Assembly: GCA_019119185.1 (NCBI GenBank) | Contig: DWXN01000005.1 | Location: forward strand, 45,951-109,950 | DNA: 64,000 bases | Direction of reading: 5' to 3' | From: Candidatus Eubacterium faecale | GTDB lineage: Bacteria; Bacillota; Clostridia; Oscillospirales; Acutalibacteraceae | Shown here: positions 37,477 through 46,650 of the stretch, one piece after another | How the letters are laid out: every line of letters begins with the position of its first letter | How positions within the stretch are numbered: the first letter of the stretch is position 1 | Made by a program: the position numbers and the translations under genes | Notes under the pieces: model-generated | The model's database searches: none | What the model was told of the DNA's origin: nothing | The model's input: only the letters and a program-made list of their open reading frames with translations

Positions 37477-38301
37477 ATGAAAGCATTTAAGCGTGAAGCA
37501 TACGGCTACATAAAAGATATGTTTATCCAGCACAATATGGTTAAACGTACGGTGCTTTCCCTTATAAGCGTGCTCATCACGGGATTCGCAGTTTCGCTCT
37601 TCTCCCTTTCCGGATTCGGGGTTGACCCCTTCACCTCGATGAATATGAATGTTTCCTCCGTTGTGGGCATCGGCTACGGCACCTATCAGCTTATGATCAA
37701 TCTGGTTATTCTGATTTTTGTTGTGATCGTTGCGCACCGCGGGCTCGTTGGAGTAGGCACGGTATTCAACATGATATTGGTGGGCTACACCTGCGAGTTT
37801 TTCGAAAAGCTTTTCTCTCCCCTCGGAAACAGCAGCCTTCCGGTAAGGCTTTTGATTCTCGCTGCCGGAATCGTTGTAATGTGCTTTTCAAGCAGCCTGT
37901 TTTTTACGGCAAATGTGGGCGTTGGGCCTTATGACACCCTTGCGTTTATGCTAACCAGAAGCACAAAGATTCCTATGAAGTGGACCCGTGTTATGACGGA
38001 TGTATCCGTTGTGCTGATCGGTCTTGTTGCAAGCGGCGGATTGACGGCGCTGTTCCGCGGAAACTTTTCGGAAATCAAAAATATCGGGATAGGCACGGTA
38101 ATTACGGCATTCTGTATGGGGCCTCTTGTTAATTTCTTCAACAAGCATTTAAGTTCCAAAATACTGAATGTAGATTACGAGGGCATGAGTCGTGATATCG
38201 CGTTCTTTCTGATCAAAGGCGCGCTGATCAAAAATTCACTCCGCCCGGTAACGGAAGGCAGAAACACGGATTTCACCTCCGATACGCGCAGATCCCGTTA
38301 A
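37477..38301 (+). CDS. YczE/YyaS/YitT-family membrane protein
   Basis: GFGVDPF..MN, GVGTV, VGPYD, GIGTVI repeats. Confidence 0.8.
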   Translation: MKAFKREAYGYIKDMFIQHNMVKRTVLSLISVLITGFAVSLFSLSGFGVDPFTSMNMNVSSVVGIGYGTYQLMINLVILIFVVIVAHRGLVGVGTVFNMILVGYTCEFFEKLFSPLGNSSLPVRLLILAAGIVVMCFSSSLFFTANVGVGPYDTLAFMLTRSTKIPMKWTRVMTDVSVVLIGLVASGGLTALFRGNFSEIKNIGIGTVITAFCMGPLVNFFNKHLSSKILNVDYEGMSRDIAFFLIKGALIKNSLRPVTEGRNTDFTSDTRRSR

Positions 38302-38370
38302 TTATACGAGCGTTTTCGCTCCATATTTACCAGCAAGCAAGCAATTGCTTCACATAAATTTTTACCCCTT

Positions 38371-38411
38371 AAAAGAAAAGAGCTGTCGGTCTCCGGCGGC
38401 TCTTTTCTTTT
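38371..38411. terminator. Bidirectional terminator
   Basis: aaaagaaaagagc...gctcttttcttttg. Confidence 0.7.
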
Positions 38412-38517
38412 GTTCTGATCACACCGGCAGAGCACTGTCCGCAGTTCACGGGCAATCTGCGCCCTACTATGTTAAAATTGATTGTTTTCGCGGCATATAG
38501 TATAATGGGATCAAGAG

Positions 38518-39363
38518 GTGATAATCATGCTGAAAATCTACAGAAAAAATATTATTTTCTTTTATATTCTCTGCGCCGCGGCGCTCGTTGCCGCCATATT
38601 TGCGGATCTGAAACTGGACATATGGCTCAACGCGCCCGATAACGCGTTTGCCGTATGGTTTTATAACACCGGGGAAATTCCCTGCCGGCTGATCTGCCCG
38701 CTTGCCGGTGCGGCTCTATTCTATTGCTGCCGCTCAAAATTTGCAAGATTCGTTGGCGCCTGCATTTCCATCGGCGGCGGCGCTTATTTCGGGTATTATT
38801 TTGCAGAACATTTTTTCGTTGCGGAAAACCAACTGATCTTCGGCGTTGTTTACGGGATCGGCTTTTCACTCACCCTGATTTTTGCAGGAAGATTTATAAA
38901 AATACCCGAACAGATGAAAAAGCCCATCGCTGCGCTTGCGATTGCGGGAATCGCCGTTATGGCGGCACAGCTTTTGGCAGTGGAAGGCATGAAATACCTT
39001 TGGGGGCGTGTGCGATTCCGCGATCTGCTTGCCGCCGGCAGTTATGACGCGTTTACCCCCTGGTACATCATAAACGGGATCAACGGCAACAAATCGTTCC
39101 CGAGCGGACATACCGGCGGCGCGGCAATGAGTTTTCTTGCCATGTTGCTGCCCTATGTCAGCCAAAAAGCATATAAACACAGGCAATTATGCTTTTATCT
39201 GCCGTTTTTCTACACCTGCGTCGTTGCCGTTACACGTCTGATCATGGGCGCGCATTACCTTTCAGACGTTGCCATGGGCGGCGCAGTGGGCATGCTTACC
39301 GTTGTGATCGCCATGGCAGTGCTGGATAAAAAGATTTTTAACTATAAAAAAACAGCTTTATAA
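38518..39363 (+). CDS. PAP2-family membrane phosphatase
   Basis: KYLWGRVR, SFPSGH, TRLIMGAHYLSDV; promoter TTGATT-17-TATAAT at 38478-38506. Confidence 0.88.
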   Translation: MIIMLKIYRKNIIFFYILCAAALVAAIFADLKLDIWLNAPDNAFAVWFYNTGEIPCRLICPLAGAALFYCCRSKFARFVGACISIGGGAYFGYYFAEHFFVAENQLIFGVVYGIGFSLTLIFAGRFIKIPEQMKKPIAALAIAGIAVMAAQLLAVEGMKYLWGRVRFRDLLAAGSYDAFTPWYIINGINGNKSFPSGHTGGAAMSFLAMLLPYVSQKAYKHRQLCFYLPFFYTCVVAVTRLIMGAHYLSDVAMGGAVGMLTVVIAMAVLDKKIFNYKKTAL

Positions 39364-39378
39364 TCAGGGATGATCAAA

Positions 39379-39621
39379 TCGAATCTCTTCTATTATATTA
39401 AAAAAAAGAACAAGCACAAAAGTGCTTGTTCTTTTCTTGGCGCAGATGAAGAGTTCGCCCGGCTCGCTTTCGCGCTCGCCGGCACGCACCCGGGCACCGA
39501 AACAGTCCACCGGACTGTTTCTATGCTTCGCATTGCCCTTTTCGAATCTCTTCTATTATATTAAAAAAAGAACAAGCACAAAAGTGCTTGTTCTTTTCTT
39601 GGCGCAGATGAAGAGATTCGA
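39379..39621. repeat. Two 79-nt direct repeats (tRNA-Ser 3' end, terminator and inverted T-arm) around an 84-nt hairpin spacer
   Basis: 39379-39457 and 39542-39620 are identical apart from two single-base indels. Confidence 0.95.
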
Positions 39622-39692
39622 ACTCTTGAAACGGTGGTTGCCGTTTACACGATTTCCAATCGTGCTCCTTCGGCCAGCTCGGACACATCTGC
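39600..39692 (-). tRNA. tRNA-Ser(GGA)
   Basis: Acceptor GCAGATG/CATCTGC, anticodon arm CACGA-TTGGAAA-TCGTG, long variable arm, TTCGAAT loop, encoded CCA; own promoter TTGACT-17-TAAATT at 39722-39750. Confidence 0.96.
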
Positions 39693-39778
39693 ATATAAGG
39701 CGGAATAATCACCGCCCATATAATTTACTATATTTTCGGCAATTAGTCAAGTACTGATTTAAAATTATTGCATAATCT

Positions 39779-41233
39779 TTAATCCAAAACCTGATAATAT
39801 GCCGAGAACTGATTGAGTTTTGTTTCAAACTTATCCTTTGGCTGTTCTTTAGGTACTTCAACCGGGTATTTACCCGTAAAGCAACCGTCACAAAAGCCCA
39901 TTCCGGTATTTTCCGCAAGGTGGTGCGTTGCCTCTACAGAAAGATACGCAAGGGAATCCGCGCCGATCACCTGCGCAATCTCCTCCACCGTATTATACTT
40001 ACAGGCAATCAGATGATCACGGCTGTCCACATCCGTGCCGAAATAGCACGGGAATTTAAACGGCGGAGACGAAACGCGCATATGCACTTCTTTGGCGCCC
40101 GCCTCGCGCAAAAGGCTGACGATCCGGGCACAGGTTGTGCCGCGGACGATGGAATCATCTATCATAATCACGCGTTTATCTTTGATATTTTCCCGAATAA
40201 CATTCAGTTTGATTCTTACGGCATCCTCCCGCATATCCTGGCTTGGCTGAATAAAACTTCTGCCGATATACTTGTTTTTGATAAAACCAACGCCATACGG
40301 AATGCCGCTTGCTTTGGAGTAGCCAAGCGCCGCATCCAGCCCGGAATCAGGCACGCCGATCACGATATCCGCATCCACAGGGCTTTCCTTGGCAAGAAAT
40401 TCGCCTGCCTTCATTCTTGCATGCTGCACAGACGCGCCCTCTATCACGGAATCCGGGCGCGCAAAATAGATATATTCAAAAACGCACAAGCCGCACGGCT
40501 TTTCCACACAGTGCGACGTATCGGATTTTATGCCGGATATACTGATCGTCAGGATCTCACCGGGTCTGATATCCCGAATAAAATGCGCTCCGATGGTTTC
40601 AAGCGCGCACGATTCAGACGCCACAACATAAGCGCCGTCCTCCGTTTTGCCGAGGCAGAGCGGGCGAAAGCCCATAGGATCTCTGAACGCGATCAGTTTG
40701 GTAGCGGTCATAACCACGCAGGAATACGCGCCTGTCAGCCTGCTCATGATTTTGGAAACTGCCTCTTCCGTGCTGTTGCTGGTAAGCCGTTCCTTTACGA
40801 TCGAATAGGCAATGGATTCCGTATCCGAAGTGCCGTGAAAAATTGCGCCCTGAAGTTCAAAACTTTTTCTGAGTTCCGCCGCGTTCACAAGATTGCCGTT
40901 GTGCGCTATGGCAAGATTGCCCTTGATGTGGCGGATAACAAGCGGCTGTATATTATTGTGGTTTTTGCCGCCCGTTGTGGAATAGCGCACGTGCCCGATT
41001 GCCATATTGCCTGTGCCGAGCGCATCCAGCTTTTCCTTGGTGAAAACATCGGGAACAAGGCCGTCGCCGCGGTGATGCGTAAATACGCCGTCATCATTTA
41101 CGGCAATGCCGCAGCTTTCCTGGCCGCGGTGCTGAAGCGCAAAAAGCGCAAGATAAGCGGACCTTGCAACCTGGGTCGTTTTATTTTCAAATATTCCGAA
41201 AACGCCGCACTCTTCGTGAATACTGTTAAACAT
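39779..41233 (-). CDS. purF: Amidophosphoribosyltransferase
   Basis: EECGVFG, LQHRGQE, GHVRYST, AHNGNL, VPDSG, DDSIVRGTT. Confidence 0.97.
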   Translation of the reverse strand: MFNSIHEECGVFGIFENKTTQVARSAYLALFALQHRGQESCGIAVNDDGVFTHHRGDGLVPDVFTKEKLDALGTGNMAIGHVRYSTTGGKNHNNIQPLVIRHIKGNLAIAHNGNLVNAAELRKSFELQGAIFHGTSDTESIAYSIVKERLTSNSTEEAVSKIMSRLTGAYSCVVMTATKLIAFRDPMGFRPLCLGKTEDGAYVVASESCALETIGAHFIRDIRPGEILTISISGIKSDTSHCVEKPCGLCVFEYIYFARPDSVIEGASVQHARMKAGEFLAKESPVDADIVIGVPDSGLDAALGYSKASGIPYGVGFIKNKYIGRSFIQPSQDMREDAVRIKLNVIRENIKDKRVIMIDDSIVRGTTCARIVSLLREAGAKEVHMRVSSPPFKFPCYFGTDVDSRDHLIACKYNTVEEIAQVIGADSLAYLSVEATHHLAENTGMGFCDGCFTGKYPVEVPKEQPKDKFETKLNQFSAYYQVLD

Positions 41234-41256
41234 ATATATGAACGCCCCCGTTTTGA

Positions 41257-41991
41257 TTAGTTTGGTGTATAAAGATTTGCATAAGGCCTTGAAGTTGCCG
41301 GAGAAAGTTTTTTAAACGGCTTTGCCATGACCTCCTGAAAATCCGCGCCGAAATATTTGCAATATTTCTTGACGTAACTTTCCAGTTCCTTTTCATCCTC
41401 TTTTGTAAGTGAGGAAACTTTGATGTTGGGAGAAAGATTTTCTTTTGGGAACGTACCGCGCACGAAGATTTTGCCGCCGTGCATGCCGGACGCGCAATGC
41501 GTGCCGAAAAGTTTTTCGCCGCGTTTCAGCCCAAGCCCGAGCAGAACGATCGTGCCACCCGCCATATATTCGCCAAGAAATGATCCGGCGCTCTGGCCGA
41601 TCACGATTACCGGTTTCATCTTTTCAAATTCCTTGATATGGATTCCGCCGCGGCAGGCAACATTATCCCGAACATAGATACTGCCGTCCCGCATACCATA
41701 GCCGAGCGCGTCTCCGCTGTGGCCGTGAATAATGATCTCGCCGCCGTTCATCGTATTGCCCACGGCGTCCTGACCGCTGCCGTACACCACGATCTTTCCG
41801 CCGTTCAGATAACACGCAAGGTCATTGCCCGGCGTGCCGTGAATCTCTATGGTCTTGCCGCTGTCCAGCGCACAGCCGATATATCTTTGGCCGTTTACAT
41901 CTTTAACGGTAACTTTATTGCGTTTGGAAAGTTCCGCCTTGATCAGGTTGTTTACTGTTTCATATCTCTGAAGTCCCGCTTCAATACTCAT
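41257..41991 (-). CDS. Glutamate synthase GltB3-like (GXGXG beta-helix) subunit
   Basis: VNGQRYIG, GTPGNDL, GEYMAGG, GMHGG repeats. Confidence 0.88.
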   Translation of the reverse strand: MSIEAGLQRYETVNNLIKAELSKRNKVTVKDVNGQRYIGCALDSGKTIEIHGTPGNDLACYLNGGKIVVYGSGQDAVGNTMNGGEIIIHGHSGDALGYGMRDGSIYVRDNVACRGGIHIKEFEKMKPVIVIGQSAGSFLGEYMAGGTIVLLGLGLKRGEKLFGTHCASGMHGGKIFVRGTFPKENLSPNIKVSSLTKEDEKELESYVKKYCKYFGADFQEVMAKPFKKLSPATSRPYANLYTPN

Positions 41992-43253
41992 AAGGCAATC
42001 CCTCCCGTCAGTTTCTGCGTTCTGGTTTTCCTGTCAAACAGGAACAGGGACGGCGTTTCCATAATATCGCCCTCAAGCGTGCTGAGATCCACTTTCTTTG
42101 CGATCAGATCCGTATAGATCCCGGCATTTTCGCTGGAATTGATCAAAACGAATCCAACAAGCCGCGTGCCTTCAAAGATCAGGCGTTTATAGGCGTTGCC
42201 GTCTGTCTTTACCCGGTCGCTGTACTGCGCCCCGGTTGCGTTGATCAACCCGCAGGTGCAGATGCGCAGACCGTAAAAATCAATCGCGTTTACGCTGTAT
42301 GCGCCGCCTGTTTCCGGATCTCCGCCCGCCATATGCGAGCCTGCCGCCATACCCTGATAAACGGCGTTTGGCCAAAGGGCAATGATCTTATTTGATCCGT
42401 CCAGCATATCCACGGAAACGGTGCAGTCGCCGGCGGCATAAATATCCCTGTCGCTCGTTTGCATGGTGGTTTGATCTATAAGGATGCCTCTGTTCACTTC
42501 CAGACCCGCTTTTTCAGCAAGTTCCGTTTCCGGCCTTACGCCTACGGCGATCACAAGCACACTGCACTCCAGTGTTTTGCCGCTTTTCAGTTCAACAGAC
42601 TGCACGGCGCCGTTTTTCACATTTGCCTTTACAACCGTATCCTTAAGGTGGAAAGAAATGCCGTGTTCCTCCAGATACTTCTTTACAAAAACTGCGCTTT
42701 TTTCATCCAGAATAGACGGCAGAACACGAGGGGAAAGCTCCGCAACATCCACGCTTTCGCAGATCTTGGAAAGACCCTCTGCCGCTTTCATGCCGATCAG
42801 ACCCGCGCCGATCACAACGGCTTTGGTATTTTTGTTTACCGCTTTTTTCAGCGCTTTGGCGCTGGCGAGATCCAAGAATGTAAACACATTTTTGCACCCC
42901 TGCGCGTTTTCAACATGGGGAACAAAGGGTTTGGAGCCGGTGGCAAGGCAAAGTTTATCATAAGGATATTCTTTCCTGCCGGCTTTTACAACTTTCTTTT
43001 CCCGGTCTATCTTACTGACGCGTGTGCCTGTAATTACATTTATATTATGATCTGCATAAAACTGCGGCTTTTTCAGAAACATTCTTTTTTCTTCAACCGT
43101 GCCCTTAAGCAGATAGCTGATAGACGGACGGCTGTAAGGATAATACTTTTCACCGGTGAGCACAGTGATCTCGCCGTTTGGATCCGTCTCCCGAATCGTC
43201 TGCGCAGCGGAAAGCCCCGCCGCTGACGCGCCTATAATAACGTACCGCATCAC
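41988..43253 (-). CDS. NAD(P)H/FAD-dependent oxidoreductase
   Basis: GASAAG, LATGS, GAGLIG, YAAGDC. Confidence 0.9.
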   Translation of the reverse strand: MMRYVIIGASAAGLSAAQTIRETDPNGEITVLTGEKYYPYSRPSISYLLKGTVEEKRMFLKKPQFYADHNINVITGTRVSKIDREKKVVKAGRKEYPYDKLCLATGSKPFVPHVENAQGCKNVFTFLDLASAKALKKAVNKNTKAVVIGAGLIGMKAAEGLSKICESVDVAELSPRVLPSILDEKSAVFVKKYLEEHGISFHLKDTVVKANVKNGAVQSVELKSGKTLECSVLVIAVGVRPETELAEKAGLEVNRGILIDQTTMQTSDRDIYAAGDCTVSVDMLDGSNKIIALWPNAVYQGMAAGSHMAGGDPETGGAYSVNAIDFYGLRICTCGLINATGAQYSDRVKTDGNAYKRLIFEGTRLVGFVLINSSENAGIYTDLIAKKVDLSTLEGDIMETPSLFLFDRKTRTQKLTGGIAL

Positions 43254-43687
43254 TGCTCACCTCCTGCTTCTGCCCACACAAGGGCGTGATTCGGGCAGTT
43301 TTTCACACAGGCAGGCTCATCGCCGCCGCAAAGATCGCACTTAAAGGCGATCCTGCCCGGTTTTATACAGCCGTAAGGGCAGACCGCAAGGCAGGTCATG
43401 CAGCCGATACATTTATTTTCATCCACCGAAACAATGCCGGTTTTCGGATCCTTATGCATAGCGCCTGTAATACACGCCTTAACGCACGCCGGATCCTCAC
43501 AATGGCGGCAGTTTACGGCAACGGAATCCTCCCGGTCTCCGTAAACGGAGATCCTTGCAACGGGAGCGGGATCCTCCTCTTTATAAGCCGTAACGATATC
43601 TTTGGATTTGCTGTGCGCCGTTTTGCAATACACTTCGCACAGGCGGCAGTTTATACAAAGATCTTCACGAGCAAAAACTTTTTTCAA
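43250..43687 (-). CDS. 4Fe-4S dicluster electron-transfer protein
   Basis: CINCRLCEVYC, CRHCEDPAC, CIGCMTCLAVCP, KCDLC; TTG start behind GGAGG. Confidence 0.9.
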   Translation of the reverse strand: MKKVFAREDLCINCRLCEVYCKTAHSKSKDIVTAYKEEDPAPVARISVYGDREDSVAVNCRHCEDPACVKACITGAMHKDPKTGIVSVDENKCIGCMTCLAVCPYGCIKPGRIAFKCDLCGGDEPACVKNCPNHALVWAEAGGEQ

Positions 43688-43700
43688 CCGTAACTCCTCC

Positions 43701-45206
43701 TTATTCTCCCGCGTGCTTGATACCGAGTATCTCAAGCTCCTTTTCGTTTAAGCCTATGCCTCTTAACATCAGCCTGTTGCCGCGCAGCGAATCAATGGAA
43801 TTGATGCCCATGCCGCCCATGATCTCTTTGATCTCATGGTTCCATGCCTTAACAAGATTGATCACACGCTGATGGGCAATTTCCGGATTCAGCCTTCTGG
43901 TAAGATCGGGGCGCTGTGTGGCAATACCCCAGTTACATTTGCCGGTATTGCAGGTCTGGCACATATGGCAGCCCATTGCAATCAGCGCGGCAGAGGCAAT
44001 ATAGCAGGCGTCCGCGCCGAGCGCGATGGCCTTGACGATATCCGCCGAGCAGCGGAACGAACCGGCAGCAACCAGCGAAACATTGGAACGTATGCCCTCG
44101 TCACGCAGCCTTTGATCCGCCGCGGCAAGCGCAAGTTCAACGGGGATGCCTACATTATCCCGGATGCGGGTAGGCGCTGCGCCTGTGCCGCCCCTGTAGC
44201 CGTCTATTACAACGATATCCGCGCCCGCCCTTGCAACGCCGGAGGCGATAGCCGCAATATTGTGCACTGCCGCTATCTTTACGGAAACGGGCTTTTCTCC
44301 GTTTGTTGCCTGCTTTAAAGACCAGATCAGCTGGCGCAGGTCTTCAATGGAATAGATATCATGATGCGGCGCAGGGGAGATCGCGTCCGACCCTACAGGG
44401 ATCATTCTGGCATTTGAGACCTCCACATTCACCTTTTCGCCGGGCAGATGGCCGCCGATACCGGGCTTTGCACCCTGGCCGATCTTGATCTCTATAAATT
44501 TGGAATTTAAAAGGTAATCTTTATATACGCCAAAGCGGCCGGACGCCACCTGAACGCCGGCATATTTGCCGTATTCTTTCAGTTCGCTGTGCAGACCGCC
44601 CTCACCGGTGTTAAATACAGTGCCGAGTTCCTTTGCCGCCATGGCAAGGGATTTCTGCGCATTCAGGCTGATTGAGCCGAAAGACATGGCAGAAAACATG
44701 ATCGGCGTTTCCAGCACCACCTGAGGCGGCATTTTGGTTAAGGATTTGCCCTTTTTCTCCACCGCCATTTTATCCGGCTTTCTGCCCAGAATGGTGCGGA
44801 TCTCCATGGGCTCTCTGAGCGGATCTATGGAAGGATTGGTAACCTGAGAGGCATTCAGCAGCATTTTATCCCAATAGATCGGATAAGGCTTTGGATTGCC
44901 CATTGCCGAAAGCAGCGTGGAGCCCGTGTTTGCCTGGCGGCAGATCTCCTGCTGGTAATCCGGAGTCCAGTTGGCGTTTTCCCTGTAATCACACACATAT
45001 TTTTCAATTCTTAACGCGCCTGTGGGGCAAAGATCCACACACCTGTGGCACGCAACGCAGTTATCCGATTTGGAAACTACGGTTTTGCCGTCTTTCGGCG
45101 AATAAAAATGGCATTCGTTTGCGCACTGCCGCACACAGCAGCCGCAGTTTATACAAAGATCCCTGTCTCTTACAACGGTAAATCTTCTGGGGATATAATT
45201 GATCAT
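43701..45206 (-). CDS. Glutamate synthase GltB2 (FMN-binding) subunit with N-terminal 2x[4Fe-4S]
   Basis: AMSFGSIS, NTGEGG, QVASGRFG, EIKIGQGAKPGIGGHLP, SPAPHHDIYSIEDL, CHMCQTCNTGKC. Confidence 0.93.
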   Translation of the reverse strand: MINYIPRRFTVVRDRDLCINCGCCVRQCANECHFYSPKDGKTVVSKSDNCVACHRCVDLCPTGALRIEKYVCDYRENANWTPDYQQEICRQANTGSTLLSAMGNPKPYPIYWDKMLLNASQVTNPSIDPLREPMEIRTILGRKPDKMAVEKKGKSLTKMPPQVVLETPIMFSAMSFGSISLNAQKSLAMAAKELGTVFNTGEGGLHSELKEYGKYAGVQVASGRFGVYKDYLLNSKFIEIKIGQGAKPGIGGHLPGEKVNVEVSNARMIPVGSDAISPAPHHDIYSIEDLRQLIWSLKQATNGEKPVSVKIAAVHNIAAIASGVARAGADIVVIDGYRGGTGAAPTRIRDNVGIPVELALAAADQRLRDEGIRSNVSLVAAGSFRCSADIVKAIALGADACYIASAALIAMGCHMCQTCNTGKCNWGIATQRPDLTRRLNPEIAHQRVINLVKAWNHEIKEIMGGMGINSIDSLRGNRLMLRGIGLNEKELEILGIKHAGE

Positions 45207-46309
45207 TTTGCGCCGCCCTCCTCTTCATCAAGTTCCAGCGGTACGAAAACCGGCTCCGCGCCGCTTACGGACCAAACTTTTTCCGGATCCGGGCATATGA
45301 TTCGGATTGCTGATTCTTCAGACGCGAAATACGCCCTTGTGCCCTTTGTTGCCGCTGTTAGGGAGCGGAGCTTCAGGCGGTCGTTGATAGCAAGAAGGCC
45401 CTTGTTTGAACCGAGAATAACAGAAAACGGGCCGTTTACGAGCGCGGCGTTATAAATGGAGCGCAAAGTGGTAAAATACTCTTTTCTTTCCGGATCCATT
45501 CTGTCTATCTCCTCCCACTCGGGAGCGGTCAGAACATCCGCGGCAACCTCAATCGGCAGCCCGTGGTGGCGGATCAGATGATCAAAAAGATAGGTGATGA
45601 CCTCTGTATCCGTCTGCATGGTGCAGACATAGCCGAACTGCTCTATGTAGCGCCTGTTGGCGTCATAGGAAGAGATCTCACCGTTATGCACGATGGACCA
45701 GTCCAGAATATTGAACGGATGCGAGCCGCCCCACCAGCCGGGGGTATTGGTTGGGAATCTGCCGTGCGCCGTCCAGAGATAGGCGTTGTATTGATCCAGC
45801 ATGTAAAATTCGCCCACATCTTCCGGATAGCCCACCGCTTTAAAGCAGCCCATGTTCTTGCCGCTGGAAAAGATGAACGCGCCGTCAATATGCTGATTAA
45901 CATGCATAACGCACTGAACGGTATATTCTTCCTCGTCCATACGGGATTCCCGCATTCTCACCTTATTCGGCTTGGCAAAATAGCGCCAGATATCCGGCCC
46001 TATTGCAATGGATTCCACTTTTTTGGTGGGTATTTTTTCCGAAACATCCACATTAAAGTGTTTAAACAAAAAATCCTCACATTCGCTTTTGGCTTTTGCA
46101 TTATCATAAAAAACGTGAAACGCATAATCATCCGCGTGTTCGGGATAGATTCCGTAAGCGGCAAAACCGCCGCCGAGACCGTTTGAACGATCATGCATCA
46201 GCGCAATGGACTTGATGATTTCAGAGCCGTTGATCTTTCCGCCTTTGCGGTCTATGATTGCAGCGATCGCACAGCCGGACGGGATCCTTACCTGACCCTC
46301 TTTAAGCAT
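45203..46309 (-). CDS. Glutamate synthase GltB1 (class II glutamine amidotransferase) subunit
   Basis: SGCAIAA, DRSNGLGGG, AHGRFPTN, HNGEI, TDTE, DRLKLR. Confidence 0.9.
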   Translation of the reverse strand: MLKEGQVRIPSGCAIAAIIDRKGGKINGSEIIKSIALMHDRSNGLGGGFAAYGIYPEHADDYAFHVFYDNAKAKSECEDFLFKHFNVDVSEKIPTKKVESIAIGPDIWRYFAKPNKVRMRESRMDEEEYTVQCVMHVNQHIDGAFIFSSGKNMGCFKAVGYPEDVGEFYMLDQYNAYLWTAHGRFPTNTPGWWGGSHPFNILDWSIVHNGEISSYDANRRYIEQFGYVCTMQTDTEVITYLFDHLIRHHGLPIEVAADVLTAPEWEEIDRMDPERKEYFTTLRSIYNAALVNGPFSVILGSNKGLLAINDRLKLRSLTAATKGTRAYFASEESAIRIICPDPEKVWSVSGAEPVFVPLELDEEEGGAK

Positions 46310-46582
46310 GAAAACTCCTCCTTCAGAAGCTTTTTTACAAAGCAATTATACGGCGTTAAAACAACTTTTACAATGAAAATCATACAATTTCATCATTTTA
46401 TAAAAAAATACGGCGATCCTTTGCCCCAGATATAGAATAATTCACAAAATTCAAAAATATTTGTAAGTTCTTAACAATAATTTGTTTGTTTATAACGCCT
46501 AAAATATCATTTTTTAGTAAATACTGATAAAATTTCAGGATGAATCAAACAACACGAAAACCCTAAAACCGATTTTCGGCAT

Positions 46583-46611
46583 TTGACGGGGCGAAATTTT
46601 GAATTTATAAT
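46583..46611 (+). promoter_or_regulatory. SigA promoter of the GDPD gene
   Basis: TTGACG-17-TATAAT. Confidence 0.7.
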
Positions 46612-46650
46612 TTTGGTAGAACAAACATATCTTTCAAACAGGTGATACTT

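Noticed and set aside
39379-39621. The repeat pair read as a CRISPR array
   Set aside because: There are only two units, they are 79 nt long and derived from tRNA, and no cas genes are present.
46460-46477. Rex- or GlnR-like site upstream of the glutamate synthase operon
   Set aside because: The spacing does not fit GlnR (TGTNA-N7-TNACA) and the left Rex half-site has two mismatches.
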